Positions 11,801-23,500 of a DNA stretch of 49,444 nucleotides are shown here, in pieces. The position numbers and the translations under genes were made by a program. Location: contig JAUCBJ010002553.1 in assembly GCA_032718475.1 (NCBI GenBank), forward strand, positions 1 through 49,444, read 5' to 3'. Origin of the DNA: Nemertoderma westbladi (taxonomy: Eukaryota > Animalia > Xenacoelomorpha). A model generated the notes under the pieces. The model ran no database searches and had not been told where the DNA came from. It saw only the letters and a program-made list of their open reading frames with translations. Each line of letters begins with the position of its first letter. Positions within the stretch are counted from its first letter, which is position 1.

Positions 11801-12947
11801 GGGTAAATCTTTTCGACCTACGCGTAGGCCTACGCGTAGCTACGCGTAGTTTGTAACTTCCATTCCTGTCATTTACCGGTAGGGCCAGACTTACTGCCTT
11901 TTTAACAACTACGCGTAGGTGTTTTAAAACGACGCGTAGTTATTTTGGAACTACGCGTAGGTATTTTGAAACTACGCGTAGCTGCTACGCGTAGCTACGC
12001 GTAGGTGCTACGCGTAGCAGTCCTGATAACAATGATTTTTCATTTCAGGTCCGGTAGGGTTGAGTTGTTAGGCAAGTATCGGTATATGTCAGGTATCTGA
12101 TTATCAGACAAGGAATAACAGAATCGGAAACTCATATCTCTACATACAGCACTGGTAATAAATAATATTCGGCTCTTTCACATACAAACACAGGATGAAT
12201 AAAAAGTAGACTTAAAATTCACATCTCATGATTCAAGTATCTTTGTTTCCATTGGATTATTGAAATATTCTACAGTAGCAAGCTACCAATCTATCAGTGA
12301 AGTGGTTAAGCGAAAGCTGATAAATACTGCATAAATTCAATTGTTTGATCAAATAACAAGTGCAACCAATCATGGTAGACAATTTAGTCTCCCCCTTCCC
12401 TTGTCAAGGGGTTAACATTAAATATATCCTTGCCCTATCGTGAACACAGGCAATAAAAAGCATACAGAATCGATAAGAACCATCGGCCTATTTCCTTTGT
12501 AAACTATTTTTTAACTCTAAACATTATTACCGGTAACACATTTTAGCACCCGCAACGCATGAAGTGAAGAATATGTAGTCTTAGCGTATTCCTCTATATA
12601 GAGTATACAGGTATATAGGATGCATTACTGTTGAAAGCATTTGATGGTTGTGGGTTGTTTATTGAACCTACCGTATGGTCTTATTTTAGTACTGAACCGC
12701 TTGGAATACGTAGGCCTACTAATGATAAACGACGTAGGCATAGTTATGGCTGTATGGATAGGACCTACGCGTAGTTATACGTAGCACCTACGCGTAGGTC
12801 GCGTAGGACCTACGCGTAGGTCGCGTAGGACCTACGCGTAGCTACGCGTAGCACCTACGCGTAGTTAATGTTAAAATTCTGAAACTGGTGATATATGACC
12901 CAATGTTGCGAACTACGCGTAGCTACGCGTAGCGAAAAGATTTACCC
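11801..12947. mobile_element. Non-autonomous DNA transposon, 15-bp TIR, 8-bp TSD, subterminal TACGCGTA arrays
   Basis: TIR GGGTAAATCTTTTCG / CGAAAAGATTTACCC; TSD GCTGATCT at 11793-11800 and 12948-12955. Confidence 0.93.
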
Positions 12948-13293
12948 GCTGATCTGGCTGTGAAAATGTAAAGTAAATGATACCCGGCTGGGCTGCTGCC
13001 CGGCATGTACTGACTGACTGGGCAGACAGTAGTGCTGTAGTGATAGTGCTGTAGTCAGGTAGTGAGTACTACCACAGGCCTATCTTCTTCTGCAGTACCG
13101 GTAATGCTGTAATGGAACAGCAAACCTTGATCCGGGCACCTTGCAGCCTTCAGGCCTTGCCCAAACGTGATATCTTATCCACCTACAGTCAGACAGACCT
13201 ATAGCTATAAATAACAGTATAATGTATACCGGTACTGCTGTCAGGCTGTACTGTAATATTCGTATCTGTCTGACTGTTACTGCAGTAGTATTT

Positions 13294-14024
13294 TTGCCCT
13301 CTAGCGGCAGACTGGAGAACAGATGACCGATAACCTTCTTCCCAAAGATTCAACATGTGGTATAGTAGGGCCTATCGAATAGCCTAAGGTAATCGAATTA
13401 GAATCACGGAAATGGGAGAAGGTTTTCACTTTCAGACATTTCGCCCTCTAGGAGCAGATTGGAGAACTGCAGATGAATCACCTTCCTCAAAAAGACACAT
13501 CACTGCATCATGTAGTCGTGATCTGGTACTATATTCCAAGACTCAACTTAAACAGATTAAAATCAAGTAAATGGCAGAATGGGTACAGGGGAAGTGGAAG
13601 GATCACTTTCATACATTTTGCCCTCTAGTGGTAGACTGAAGAAATGCAGACCACTTACCGACCCCTCCAATACACAGCAGCAGCAGCACATTGATGCAGG
13701 ACACAGGATGTATTCTGGCTGAGCACATACCTGCATACTGGCATAAAGACAGACAGACATATTTTTGACAAGTTTCAGCTTGAACGGATCATAAATAACG
13801 GAATGAGCCAAGGATTTCACTTTCAGATATTCGGCCCTCTAGCGGCAGACTAAAGAACTGCATGCAGATTAGCCCCCTTTGAATGACACATGACAGCTAT
13901 GAGCTAATGGTCGGTCTAATACTAGTATGACAAGTTTCAGCATTGTCTTTTGGTCGGATTAAATGCAGAGAGATGGCAGATGGGAGGACATTTATTAATG
14001 TTTGACATGTAGCCCTCTAGCGGG
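13294..14024 (-). promoter_or_regulatory. Five co-oriented CTCF-like motifs within a degenerate 150-210-bp repeat
   Basis: GCCCTCTAG(C/T/G)G at 13296, 13443, 13620, 13834 and 14012; the reverse complement CCRCTAGAGGGC matches the CTCF core. Confidence 0.55.
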
Positions 14025-14164
14025 AGACTGTTGTACTGATGGTGAGGTGACGAACAGTCTGACAGTCTCTAAAATCCCAACTTTTGGTCTTATTGATGCA
14101 TTGTACAATTTCTCAACAAAGTTTGTGTCAATTACAATTGGATACTACTGATCGATTTATGTTA

Positions 14165-14399
14165 TGTCCCAAATTCCCCCAACTGTCCCAAATTACCCCA
14201 TGCTGGGGTAATTTGGGACACTGATGGATATTAATTAAAAAAGGGTAATTAATTATTTGAAAATAAAAATTAAGTAATTAGTTTGATAGAATGGGTACAT
14301 GGTGCATACTTGATAAGGTCGGATTATGAAAAAAATGTTTTTAAGATTCTAAAAAAAGCTTTAAAGGACGATTTTGTCCCAAATTACCCCAGTTTACCC
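14165..14399. mobile_element. Right end of a pogo/Tc1-mariner-like non-autonomous element
   Basis: Repeated and inverted TGTCCCAAATTACCCCA motifs ending ...CCCCAGTTTACCC followed by TA; no matching left end seen. Confidence 0.55.
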
Positions 14400-14692
14400 T
14401 ACTGTCAGAGTTAGTCAATCAGTGTCAGACTGTGTTAAATACTGCTGTACTGAAATGCTGAAATAGGCCTAATTAACAATACTTACAAACTAACAATACT
14501 ATTAACAATACGAGACATCAACAATACTAGCAACCTATTGCATCAATTACGTGCACTCACCACCTGAGCAATACTTCTTATTATATATAATTATCTGATC
14601 TTTATATCTTTATTTGATTTATTATATGTGCACGTGTAATAGTTCACTACCATCGACGGCTGCATTGTCATTGTTACTATTATATTTCTGCA

Positions 14693-15841
14693 ATGAGCGG
14701 CACGAAGAAGGGTAAGCGGACTGCTGCTACACGAGTATCGCTCGCTACTGACGCAGGGTCTAGATTACCAGTTTCTAGTCCTTTGCCAACTGCTAGGCCT
14801 ACTAGAATCGATATGTCGAAGTTATTTTCGTGCGATTCGTGTTCAGCTTTGTTCGTATCCAAAGCAGACTTTGACATACACTCAATTTCATGCGGATTCG
14901 ATTCTGTCTCCGAGAATGACTCGGTTAACGATTGTTGCCCCCATTGTGATAAGAAGGTGAGTGGCAGCAATTGTTTGGGGTGCGAGGTCTGTGGTCATTG
15001 GATTCACGGTTCCTGTCTTCGTCTTTCGGAGGCGCAACTTGCTGTGGTTGGTAACTGCAAAAACTGTAAGATCGTCTGCAACAAATGTGAAGGTCAATGG
15101 GATTCAGCAATCAGTGACTATTCTCGGTTGGATTCTACCTCGAAGAGAGATAATGAACTGCTAAATAAACTCGAGAAATCTCTAAAAGATCACACTGCTC
15201 TATTAAACACTAAGTTTGAAGATTTGCGGAGTGAAATCGCAGCTAGGGACGACTCCCCGGTAGATAGCTCCTCCAACCCATGGTTCAAAGTACCTGTGAC
15301 TACAACGAACAGGGGGAACACTAAAGCTTCCTCTTCTCGTGTCCCGATGATTTCTGTCGACGATGTAGGAAAGGAACTTCAAGAGCAGCAGAAACGGGAG
15401 AAAAACTTTGTTATACGCGGTCTTGATCTACCAGAGGATAAAGGCAAAGAGCTGGAATTCGTTAACAGTTTCATAAGTAAGGAATTATCCATCGCGGGAT
15501 CCGTTGATAAAGTACTATTTAGGCGCAACAAACATGGCGAAGGATCATCGTTGTTAATTGTACAAGCATCAAATCTCGTAAGTAAGTCCCAAGTCATAAA
15601 GGAGAAGTCGAAACTGAGAAATTCCGTTGATCATCGGAATGTCTTTATTGACAACGATCTAACCAAACTACAGATGCAGCAAGCTTACCTACGTCGACAG
15701 TCGAGGGCTTCCAGACCACTAGGACGTGCGACTACAACCACAGCCAGCGCGTTTACTCCGGCTACCCCAGCTGATTCCGCCAGACCTACTGCTACTGGCA
15801 CCCAGGAGCATGCCGTCCGGGGAAATCTGGGAAACGCGTAA
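14693..15841 (+). CDS. CR1 ORF1p (zinc finger plus PHD finger, coiled coil, RRM-like C-terminal domain)
   Basis: CPHC..CLGCEVCGHWIHGSC..IVCNKC (PHD); REKNFVIRGL and VFIDNDLTKLQ motifs typical of CR1/L2 ORF1. Confidence 0.9.
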   Translation: MSGTKKGKRTAATRVSLATDAGSRLPVSSPLPTARPTRIDMSKLFSCDSCSALFVSKADFDIHSISCGFDSVSENDSVNDCCPHCDKKVSGSNCLGCEVCGHWIHGSCLRLSEAQLAVVGNCKNCKIVCNKCEGQWDSAISDYSRLDSTSKRDNELLNKLEKSLKDHTALLNTKFEDLRSEIAARDDSPVDSSSNPWFKVPVTTTNRGNTKASSSRVPMISVDDVGKELQEQQKREKNFVIRGLDLPEDKGKELEFVNSFISKELSIAGSVDKVLFRRNKHGEGSSLLIVQASNLVSKSQVIKEKSKLRNSVDHRNVFIDNDLTKLQMQQAYLRRQSRASRPLGRATTTTASAFTPATPADSARPTATGTQEHAVRGNLGNA

Positions 15842-18672
15842 CGGGGGAATACCAGACGCACTGTGTCTCGCCTTTCATAGAATGTTGTTGCTTCAACGCC
15901 CAATCTCTAGGTAACAAATTGGCCGAATTGAACGCTTTTTTGGCCGACTGCGAATTTGACGTAATCGGAATTACGGAAACCTGGCTGACGAGCTCCTTTA
16001 CTGATGGTATGCTGTCCGGGAACGGGAAGTTTAGTGTTTATCGCAACGATCGTGTTTTAAGGGCAGGCGGTGTCGCAATCCTTATCCGTGACTGCGCCCT
16101 GGGAGCACCTATCCATCGAATTGAACTTTCTGGTGAAAAATTCGAAGGTCTGGAGATCGTCGCCCTCGATCTCGTAGGTCAGCATCCTTGCCGTTTGATT
16201 TGCGTTTATCGAACCCCTTCCTCGTCAAACGATGATGATCGCCGGTTATGTCTGGGTTTATCAGATTTATGCAATGTGGACTTTCCTGTAACAGTTTTTG
16301 GTGACTTTAATTTGCCTCTTTTTAACTGGTCTGATGGATCCCACCCTGATAATAGTCTCTATAATACTTTTTCTAATTTTATTTTAGAAAGTGGCCTTGA
16401 ACAACTCCAATTTAAACCAACTCGCTTAAATAGTGTGTTAGATCTTGTTTTCACTTCTGAGGATATGTTCGTATCTGATGTTGATACTCGCGAAAATTTT
16501 TCGACTAGTGATCATTCAGGAATTATTTTTAGTATCGTTTCTCCTAAACAGTATGTTCAAAATGATGATGCCGGTTTTTATAACTTTAAGAAAGGCAACT
16601 ATATAAGCTTTGGTGCATACTTAGATAATTATAACTGGTCCGATGTATATAACAATTGTGAATCTGTGGATGATTATTGGTTGGCATTTGCCGAAATTTT
16701 GAAATCCGGTATCGAAAAATTTGTACCTTTCACTAAAATTTCAAGTAATAAATCACATCCGCGCTTTATAACGAAATTACAAAAGCGAAAGAAATTGTTA
16801 TGGCGTCGTCGCCACACAGAAAACGGCCAAGAGGAGTATAAGAAATGTGCCAAGGCCGTTTCTAAAGGCATCTTTAGAGTGGCTTGTGCACGTGAAAACA
16901 AAATATTAACATCTGGCAAGCCTAACGCTATTTTTACTTATGTTAATAGCAAACGTAAAGTCAGATCGGGTATATCTGCGTTTAAAATGAATGGCAAAGT
17001 AATAATTGATGACACTACTAAAGCACATATATTTTCTGAAGTTTTTTCTGAGAATTTTACAAAGGATAATGAATCAATGCCTATTTTTAACCGTAGAGTA
17101 GCTAATGGTGTACACATTTCCACTGTAGATTTTTCCCCTGGTGCTGTTTATTCTGTACTTAAGAATATTAAGGCTAAATGTGGAAAAACTCCAGATGGTT
17201 TTCCCAGTTTTATTTTTGCGAAACTACCTAAATGTTTATCTGTTCCGTTGTCTATTTTATTTAAAGTATCATTTGAATCTCACGCTTTACCCTCTATATG
17301 GCTCACTGCTAACATTATCCCCCTCTTTAAGAAGGGCAGCCACACTAATCCGTATAACTACCGCCCCATTTCGCTTACATGTGTAACATGTAAAATAATG
17401 GAGTTATGTATCAAAAATGATGTATTATTGTACCTAAGGTTGCATAATATTATTAGTAAGTCGCAACATGGATTTATGAAACGTCGCAGTACTTGTACTC
17501 AATTGCTTGACAGTACTAATAAATGGTTTAAGCTGCTTGACAGTCGCAGCTCTATAGACGTTATATACATAGATTTCGCCAAGGCGTTTGATTCTGTCGT
17601 TCACTGTAAACTTTTGGCTAAACTTGCTAGCTACGGTATCTCGGGTCACTTGTTATTGTGGATTGGTGCTTTTCTATGTAATCGTACCCAACAAGTCTTG
17701 GTTGGTAATACTATTTCTGTAGTAAGCAAAGTTATATCAGGTACAATTCAAGGAAGCGTTTTAGGGCCATTATTATTTTTACTCTATGTTAATGATTTAC
17801 CTGATATTATAGGTACCGGCACCTGTTGTAATTTATTCGCTGACGATCTCAAGTTGTACAGCAAATCATCAGACATCCATTCATTGGCAGAAGCTCTCAA
17901 ATCACTAGAGACTTGGGCAAATGAGTGGCAGGTCAAGATAGCTGCACACAAATGTTCAGTAGTTCATTTATCTACAACTTGTATAAAGGTGTCACCTGTG
18001 CAATACTTTCTTAATGGTAACCTTATAAAAAATGATGACTTTTGTAGAGATCTTGGTGTAATTGTGAATCACGATTTGAAATTTGATCTTCACTACCGTG
18101 AACAAGTAAAGAAGGCGTATAGAGTAGTGAATATTTTATTTAAGTGTTTTTATACCGGTAACCTGAAAGCCATTTGTACAGCGTATAAGTCATATGCCAG
18201 ACCATTACTAGAATATTGTACTGCCGTTTGCTCTCCATTTACGTTAGGTAGTATTGATTTAATCGAACGGGTTCAGCGTTACTTCACCCGGCGTCTTTTT
18301 AAGCGCTGTAACCTCGGCAGCCGTAGTTACATGGAGAGAATTAATTTTCTTAAGCTACAACCTCTAGAAGTACGTAGGCATATTTATGATTTAAAAATGG
18401 TGTATAGTATTTTTAATAATGATGTTGATCTAAATTTTAATGACTTTTTCACTTTAAGTACCAATATTAGAAATAGAGGCCATAACCGTAAGCTTTTCAA
18501 ATCGTTTTGCCGTCTACAAATTGTAAAAAACTCTTTTTCAAACAGAACTGTAGATATTTGGAATTCCTTACCCGAAGAAATTGTCAATTCTGCAAATGTA
18601 AATATTTTTACTGATAAATTGAAAGATGTTGATCTATTGCCATATTGTCATTTTAACAGATTTTTAAATTAA
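15829..18672 (+). CDS. CR1 ORF2p, APE endonuclease plus reverse transcriptase (frame open from 15775, probably entered by -1 frameshift)
   Basis: FNAQSL, ITETWL, GDFN, LDLV, SDH (APE); YRPISLT, IDFAKAFDSV, QGSVLGPLLFLLYVNDL, FADD (RT); RGH..L..FSNR.VDIWNSLP (CR1 C-terminus). Confidence 0.95.
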   Translation, partial: GKRVTGEYQTHCVSPFIECCCFNAQSLGNKLAELNAFLADCEFDVIGITETWLTSSFTDGMLSGNGKFSVYRNDRVLRAGGVAILIRDCALGAPIHRIELSGEKFEGLEIVALDLVGQHPCRLICVYRTPSSSNDDDRRLCLGLSDLCNVDFPVTVFGDFNLPLFNWSDGSHPDNSLYNTFSNFILESGLEQLQFKPTRLNSVLDLVFTSEDMFVSDVDTRENFSTSDHSGIIFSIVSPKQYVQNDDAGFYNFKKGNYISFGAYLDNYNWSDVYNNCESVDDYWLAFAEILKSGIEKFVPFTKISSNKSHPRFITKLQKRKKLLWRRRHTENGQEEYKKCAKAVSKGIFRVACARENKILTSGKPNAIFTYVNSKRKVRSGISAFKMNGKVIIDDTTKAHIFSEVFSENFTKDNESMPIFNRRVANGVHISTVDFSPGAVYSVLKNIKAKCGKTPDGFPSFIFAKLPKCLSVPLSILFKVSFESHALPSIWLTANIIPLFKKGSHTNPYNYRPISLTCVTCKIMELCIKNDVLLYLRLHNIISKSQHGFMKRRSTCTQLLDSTNKWFKLLDSRSSIDVIYIDFAKAFDSVVHCKLLAKLASYGISGHLLLWIGAFLCNRTQQVLVGNTISVVSKVISGTIQGSVLGPLLFLLYVNDLPDIIGTGTCCNLFADDLKLYSKSSDIHSLAEALKSLETWANEWQVKIAAHKCSVVHLSTTCIKVSPVQYFLNGNLIKNDDFCRDLGVIVNHDLKFDLHYREQVKKAYRVVNILFKCFYTGNLKAICTAYKSYARPLLEYCTAVCSPFTLGSIDLIERVQRYFTRRLFKRCNLGSRSYMERINFLKLQPLEVRRHIYDLKMVYSIFNNDVDLNFNDFFTLSTNIRNRGHNRKLFKSFCRLQIVKNSFSNRTVDIWNSLPEEIVNSANVNIFTDKLKDVDLLPYCHFNRFLN

Positions 18673-19609
18673 CCACATATATTTTTTATTTGTTTTTATT
18701 TATATTTAATCTACCAAATAGTTTTTAATATTTTTGTCATTTTTATAAAAAGGATCAATGGCTTTCGAAACAAATTATGTTTTTTTACTTGATGATATAA
18801 TCTCGGTTTACTTGGTTTTATTTCGTTGGTCATTCTTGTAGTTTTATTGTTGTTGTTTGTATTTTAGCGTTTATCCCTCTATCTGTTGCCTTTGCCCTTC
18901 TACTTAAATGAGTATTTTATCCACCTGTAAGTGTAATTTTATATATCTAATTATAACTTCTAATTAGGTATTTGTACCTAGGTGGTGTTCCCCCTGTTTA
19001 TATTTTATTCTTTAAAATTAAACTGAGTGTTTTAAATAAATAAAAATAAATAATCCAGTAATCTGCTAATACTGTAATAAAAGACCGCTGTCAATCAGAA
19101 TCAGAATCCTAGGCTGCTAGACCTCTATCGCTAATCCATAATCAGTAATTGTTAAGGGTTTTTTTTATAGGGCCTACTTTTAAGTATTAACTTATTGGGC
19201 CTAAGGGCTGAAGGGAGTAAACTTCAATATGCATAATACAGTAGTCAGTAATAGTCCCCACAGCACTTTACCTCTTCAGCTCTTGGCACTTGGTCATTAT
19301 CTCACATTAAATAACCTTACAGCCTTAAGGAACTCGACAAAATCAAAACGCAACATATAAAAAGAAGGCTCTGCCTCCATAAATCCTAAAATCTGCCTCC
19401 TCAACTTGAACTTTAGCCCTGAATCTAGTATGTAAACGAAAAACACTTTAAATGGAAACCGTTATGCGTTATTTATTACCGGTACCATATCGCCGTACGG
19501 CGTACCTATCCCAGTATCCGATACAGTACCGGTACAAACTTATTTGAGTTATTTCTCACTGAGTGCGGAGCTCTGACTGTCTGAACACTGGACCTTTGCC
19601 TGTCTGCAG

Positions 19610-20409
19610 TAGGGCTCGATCGGAGCTCCGGCCTCCGGCTCCGGCTCCGGCCATTTTGGCACCTCCGGCTCCGGCTCCGGTAAAAATATTGCCGGAGTTA
19701 ATTTTTTAATAAAGTATTATATTTCGTGCATATTCTAATCTGAACAATTATTTACACTATAAGTACTGTCAGACTGTAGTAGTGTAGTACAGCTTCAATA
19801 TCCAGCAGTCCAGCATAATACTGCAGTATTTATTACTTAAAGTCAATAACTGACTGACTGTTGACTGTACTGCAGTACTGGCAGACTGGTACCGGTACTG
19901 GCCAGCTGGCTGACTAGCAGACTATTACAGGCTGACAGGTAGGCCCTACTGTAAAAAATTGTAAATGCTATGATTGTACACTGTCAGACTGTACGTACCA
20001 CTGCAGCCATTTACTGCTGCCATGCCAGCATACTGTACTCGTACTGCAGTTCTTGTACACTTACGGCTGTACGTACGGCTGTACAGTTAGGTAGTGAGTT
20101 AGGTACGGTACTGTAGGTAATTTTTAGCCGTCAGCGTCAGGCCGTCTGTCAGTCTGTCCGTGATAAATTAATTACTTAAATTTTAAATTGAAAATTCGTA
20201 AATCTATAAATTATGAAATTAATTCTGTAATTAGACCTACAGTACCGGTATGATTGATTATGAGCGATTGGCGAACGATAACCAAACTTTATTTTTTTTT
20301 ATAAATAATTAAATTTTTAAAATTTTTGAAAAACTCCGGCTCCGGCCAAATTGTCCAACTCCGGCTCCTGCTCCGGCTCCGGCCAAATCCCAACTCCGAT
20401 CGAGCCCTA
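19610..20409. mobile_element. Non-autonomous hAT transposon, 800 bp
   Basis: 16-bp TIR TAGGGCTCGATCGGAG / CTCCGATCGAGCCCTA; 8-bp TSD GTCTGCAG at 19602-19609 and 20410-20417; subterminal (CTCCGG)n. Confidence 0.95.
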
Positions 20410-20586
20410 GTCTGCAGCTCTGGACGTTTACTTATTGAACCAAACCTAATTCTGTAATTATATTACAGTATTAAGCAGTTAGCAGGTTAGGCCTAAATTT
20501 CATAAACTGATGTTATGTTCTGATGTTAGGGTTAAACTAGGCCTAATTCAATCTGTCAATTGCAGTAAGTAGGCTACTGAAGTATC

Positions 20587-23500
20587 ATGGCGAGTTCTTC
20601 TGGGACATTTGACAACTTAATAGCTGAATATGATAGGTTAACTGGAAATGGCTCTACTCCCTCCTCAGGCGAAGCGGTGTCGTTATCTGAAGATACGATC
20701 GCGTTGCTTGATGTCCTGGGAAATATTCTCCTTCATGTTTCTGACTCAAATACTCAAAACATCGACATTACAAAAACAGTGAAACTCCTCGATATATTTA
20801 AATCTCAGAAATTTGGTCGATCATTCTATAAACTAAAATCCGAGCAAGATTTAATATCAACCATCCATGTGACTATCATAATCGCTAGTCTCAATCTCCG
20901 CGACAACGCCAATCATCGCGGGATATCTCTTAAACCGCTGTTACACAAAATCTCAAATAATCTCGATGAAACTCCAGCATGTGGGCCTATCTTTCTGCTA
21001 GGCAGTGTGTTGGAGCTCATCGTCGATGTGGAATCGGAAATCGCCATCGCCGATTCCGCCAAAGCGATGGAATTAGGTGCGTTTAGCTACATTCATGGAA
21101 TGTTGGTAACAGCAGATAGTTGCAGTCATACCGTAAAGCGATGTGTTTACCGAACGGTTTACGATTTATTGTCTATCGTTGTCAATGTGTTCCACGCCGG
21201 TCATCTGGTCGTATCTTGCGACACCATACACGACACTGTCGCTAAAATATTATCCGACGATAGTTTGTCCTACGATTTCTGGAATGTCGGTTTAGGGGAG
21301 GGTTTGGGTTCGATTCTGGGAGAGCTTCTGTGTAGAATGCCTCTGACAATCTCCTACTGCCTCCCTATACTTTCATCATTGGTCGTACATTCCCCTAAGC
21401 CGGTAATTTCTTTGCTACAATCGCTATCAAACTACTCAGAATTATTATCCGACGATTTGTTGTCCGGCATCAGATGGGAATCCGAAACCAACTGCGTGCT
21501 ATCGAGACGCCGGACCGTGGTGGAAGGTGTGTTGGCTTTGGAACCGGGGACCACAGGGGTCGTCGGACAGGCGGGCGGCTGCGTCGGACACCTGGACGAT
21601 GTAACTAAGCAACCATTAGACCTTAGCGTCATTACCTGGGAGGCGGAATACAATGGATGGTCGTTGATTCTCGTTAAACTCCGCTCGGCTTCCCGGGTTC
21701 GCGGACAAATCGATCCCGCTCTACTGGAATGTATCAGACTGATATCCTCATTAATCGCCTCCCAACCCCACCTGGTAGCCTCTTTCGCCTCCCTTTACTC
21801 TTCAACTCTCAATTTATTCCACAACCGACTTTCTTTACTCCAAACTTTCACGACTAATTCCTATTTGTCTATAAAGTACACCCTGGAGTTTCTGAACTCT
21901 TTGGCTTCTCTTCAACCGGATTCGGTTGTTTCTAATTTAGTCGGCTGTAATTTTATCGCGAGACGCATTGCGGATTCCGTTTACGGTAAGTTACTCCGGG
22001 AGTTTGAGATACCCGGTGCGGAGTTCGGAGTTACTGTCTGCGTCGCGTCCATAGTAGCGAAGGTCGTCCAAGCGAGTAAAGATGAGTCGAGTCGACCATC
22101 GTACCTGTCGGATAAACCGTCGTACGTGTCAGATAAACCGTCATATGTGTCGGATAAACCATCGTACATGTCCGATAAACCGTCGTACGTATCAGATAAA
22201 CCGTCATATTTGTCGGATAAACCATCGTACATGTCCGATAAACCGTCGTACGTGTCGGATAAACCGTCGTACGTGTCGGATAAACCGTCGGATGAGTTCT
22301 CCTCGCTGTTTAACTTTCTTGTAACCGATGTGTTTCAGGCGTACCTCGACTGGAAGTTCCAAAGCAATTTAGATAAACTCCGACTCGGTTTGTCTCTACT
22401 CTCGTTGTACCACGAGACAGTGGACCAGCCGGTCGGCCCGCTCTCTCTCGTCTGTCTCTCCAACGTGCTCACCACCTCAATCGGCTCCCATCTCATCGAC
22501 CTCGTCGTCTACGCCGCCCAACTCCTCCTCCAACCCGCCCATATCGGCGAGTTCCTCTCCAACCTCCTCGTTAAGCGAACCCTCGTTCTCGCCATGTCCG
22601 CACTCAACCGCTCCGTGCTGCTGCGCTCGGAGCTGGTTGCCAAGGAGGAGCGTCCCTCGGTTGCCAAGGAGACTCACCCACCGTTAGTGACAGACCTGGA
22701 GACCAGCTTCCGGTCTGGTAAACCTATCGTCTCTCTGTTCAACCTCGTTACCGGCTCCACCGACTATCAGATCGCTACTCTTGCCGCTATTCTCCTTAAA
22801 CGCATCGCAGCCGTCGCTCCCTCCACCTTCTACTACTTTATTTACCGCGACGTTCAACCGATAACGAAATTCTTCTCCTCCCAATTCCAATCCGACGTGG
22901 TCCCTCTAAACTTCCGCATCGAGTTGCTCCAGTTGTTCGTCGCCATCGTGCAGATGCAGCCGGCGCTCGCGGCCTCCTTGCTACGGCAACCGGCAACCCC
23001 GACCTCGTCGTTACGGATGCCGGAACCGGATCCGGGTGGGCGGAAGCGGCGCTCGCAACGCGCCCTTCCGGACATCCCGGAAGAGTCGCCGAGTTGTCTG
23101 GAGGCGATCGTGGGCGCGGTGGAGGGGCCAGGGTTCGCGGAGCCGGGCCTCCAGGGGGCGCTGCTCGCAGCTCTCAGCGCCGTCTGGCGGGAACGCAAGG
23201 AACTCGCGATGGGGGAACTCCGCTTCCGGCCGGAGTTGTGGTCCCGGGTGCGAGAAGCCGTCGCGTCGCTAGGCGACCCTTCGTCCGGGACTCGTTGCGC
23301 CACAGTCGCGCTCGGTCTGCTCGCCTGCGAGATACACAATGCCCAGACGCTCGGACACCTGTCTGGGTTGGATCTGTCCTCGCGATTAGTCCCCTGGGCC
23401 CGCCACGTTTCTGAGGCGATCGCAGCTGCTCTGGAAGGCGTAGAAGCTCTGGTAGACGCATGGCGAGCCTTCCTATTGGCTGTTGCTAAGCGACCAGATG

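Larger units (their letters stand above)
14640..19053 (+). mobile_element. Apparently full-length, intact CR1-clade LINE (5' end approximate)
   Basis: Uninterrupted ORF1 and ORF2, AT-rich 3' UTR, (AAAT)n-like tail at ~19034-19053; no TSD identified. Confidence 0.92.
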
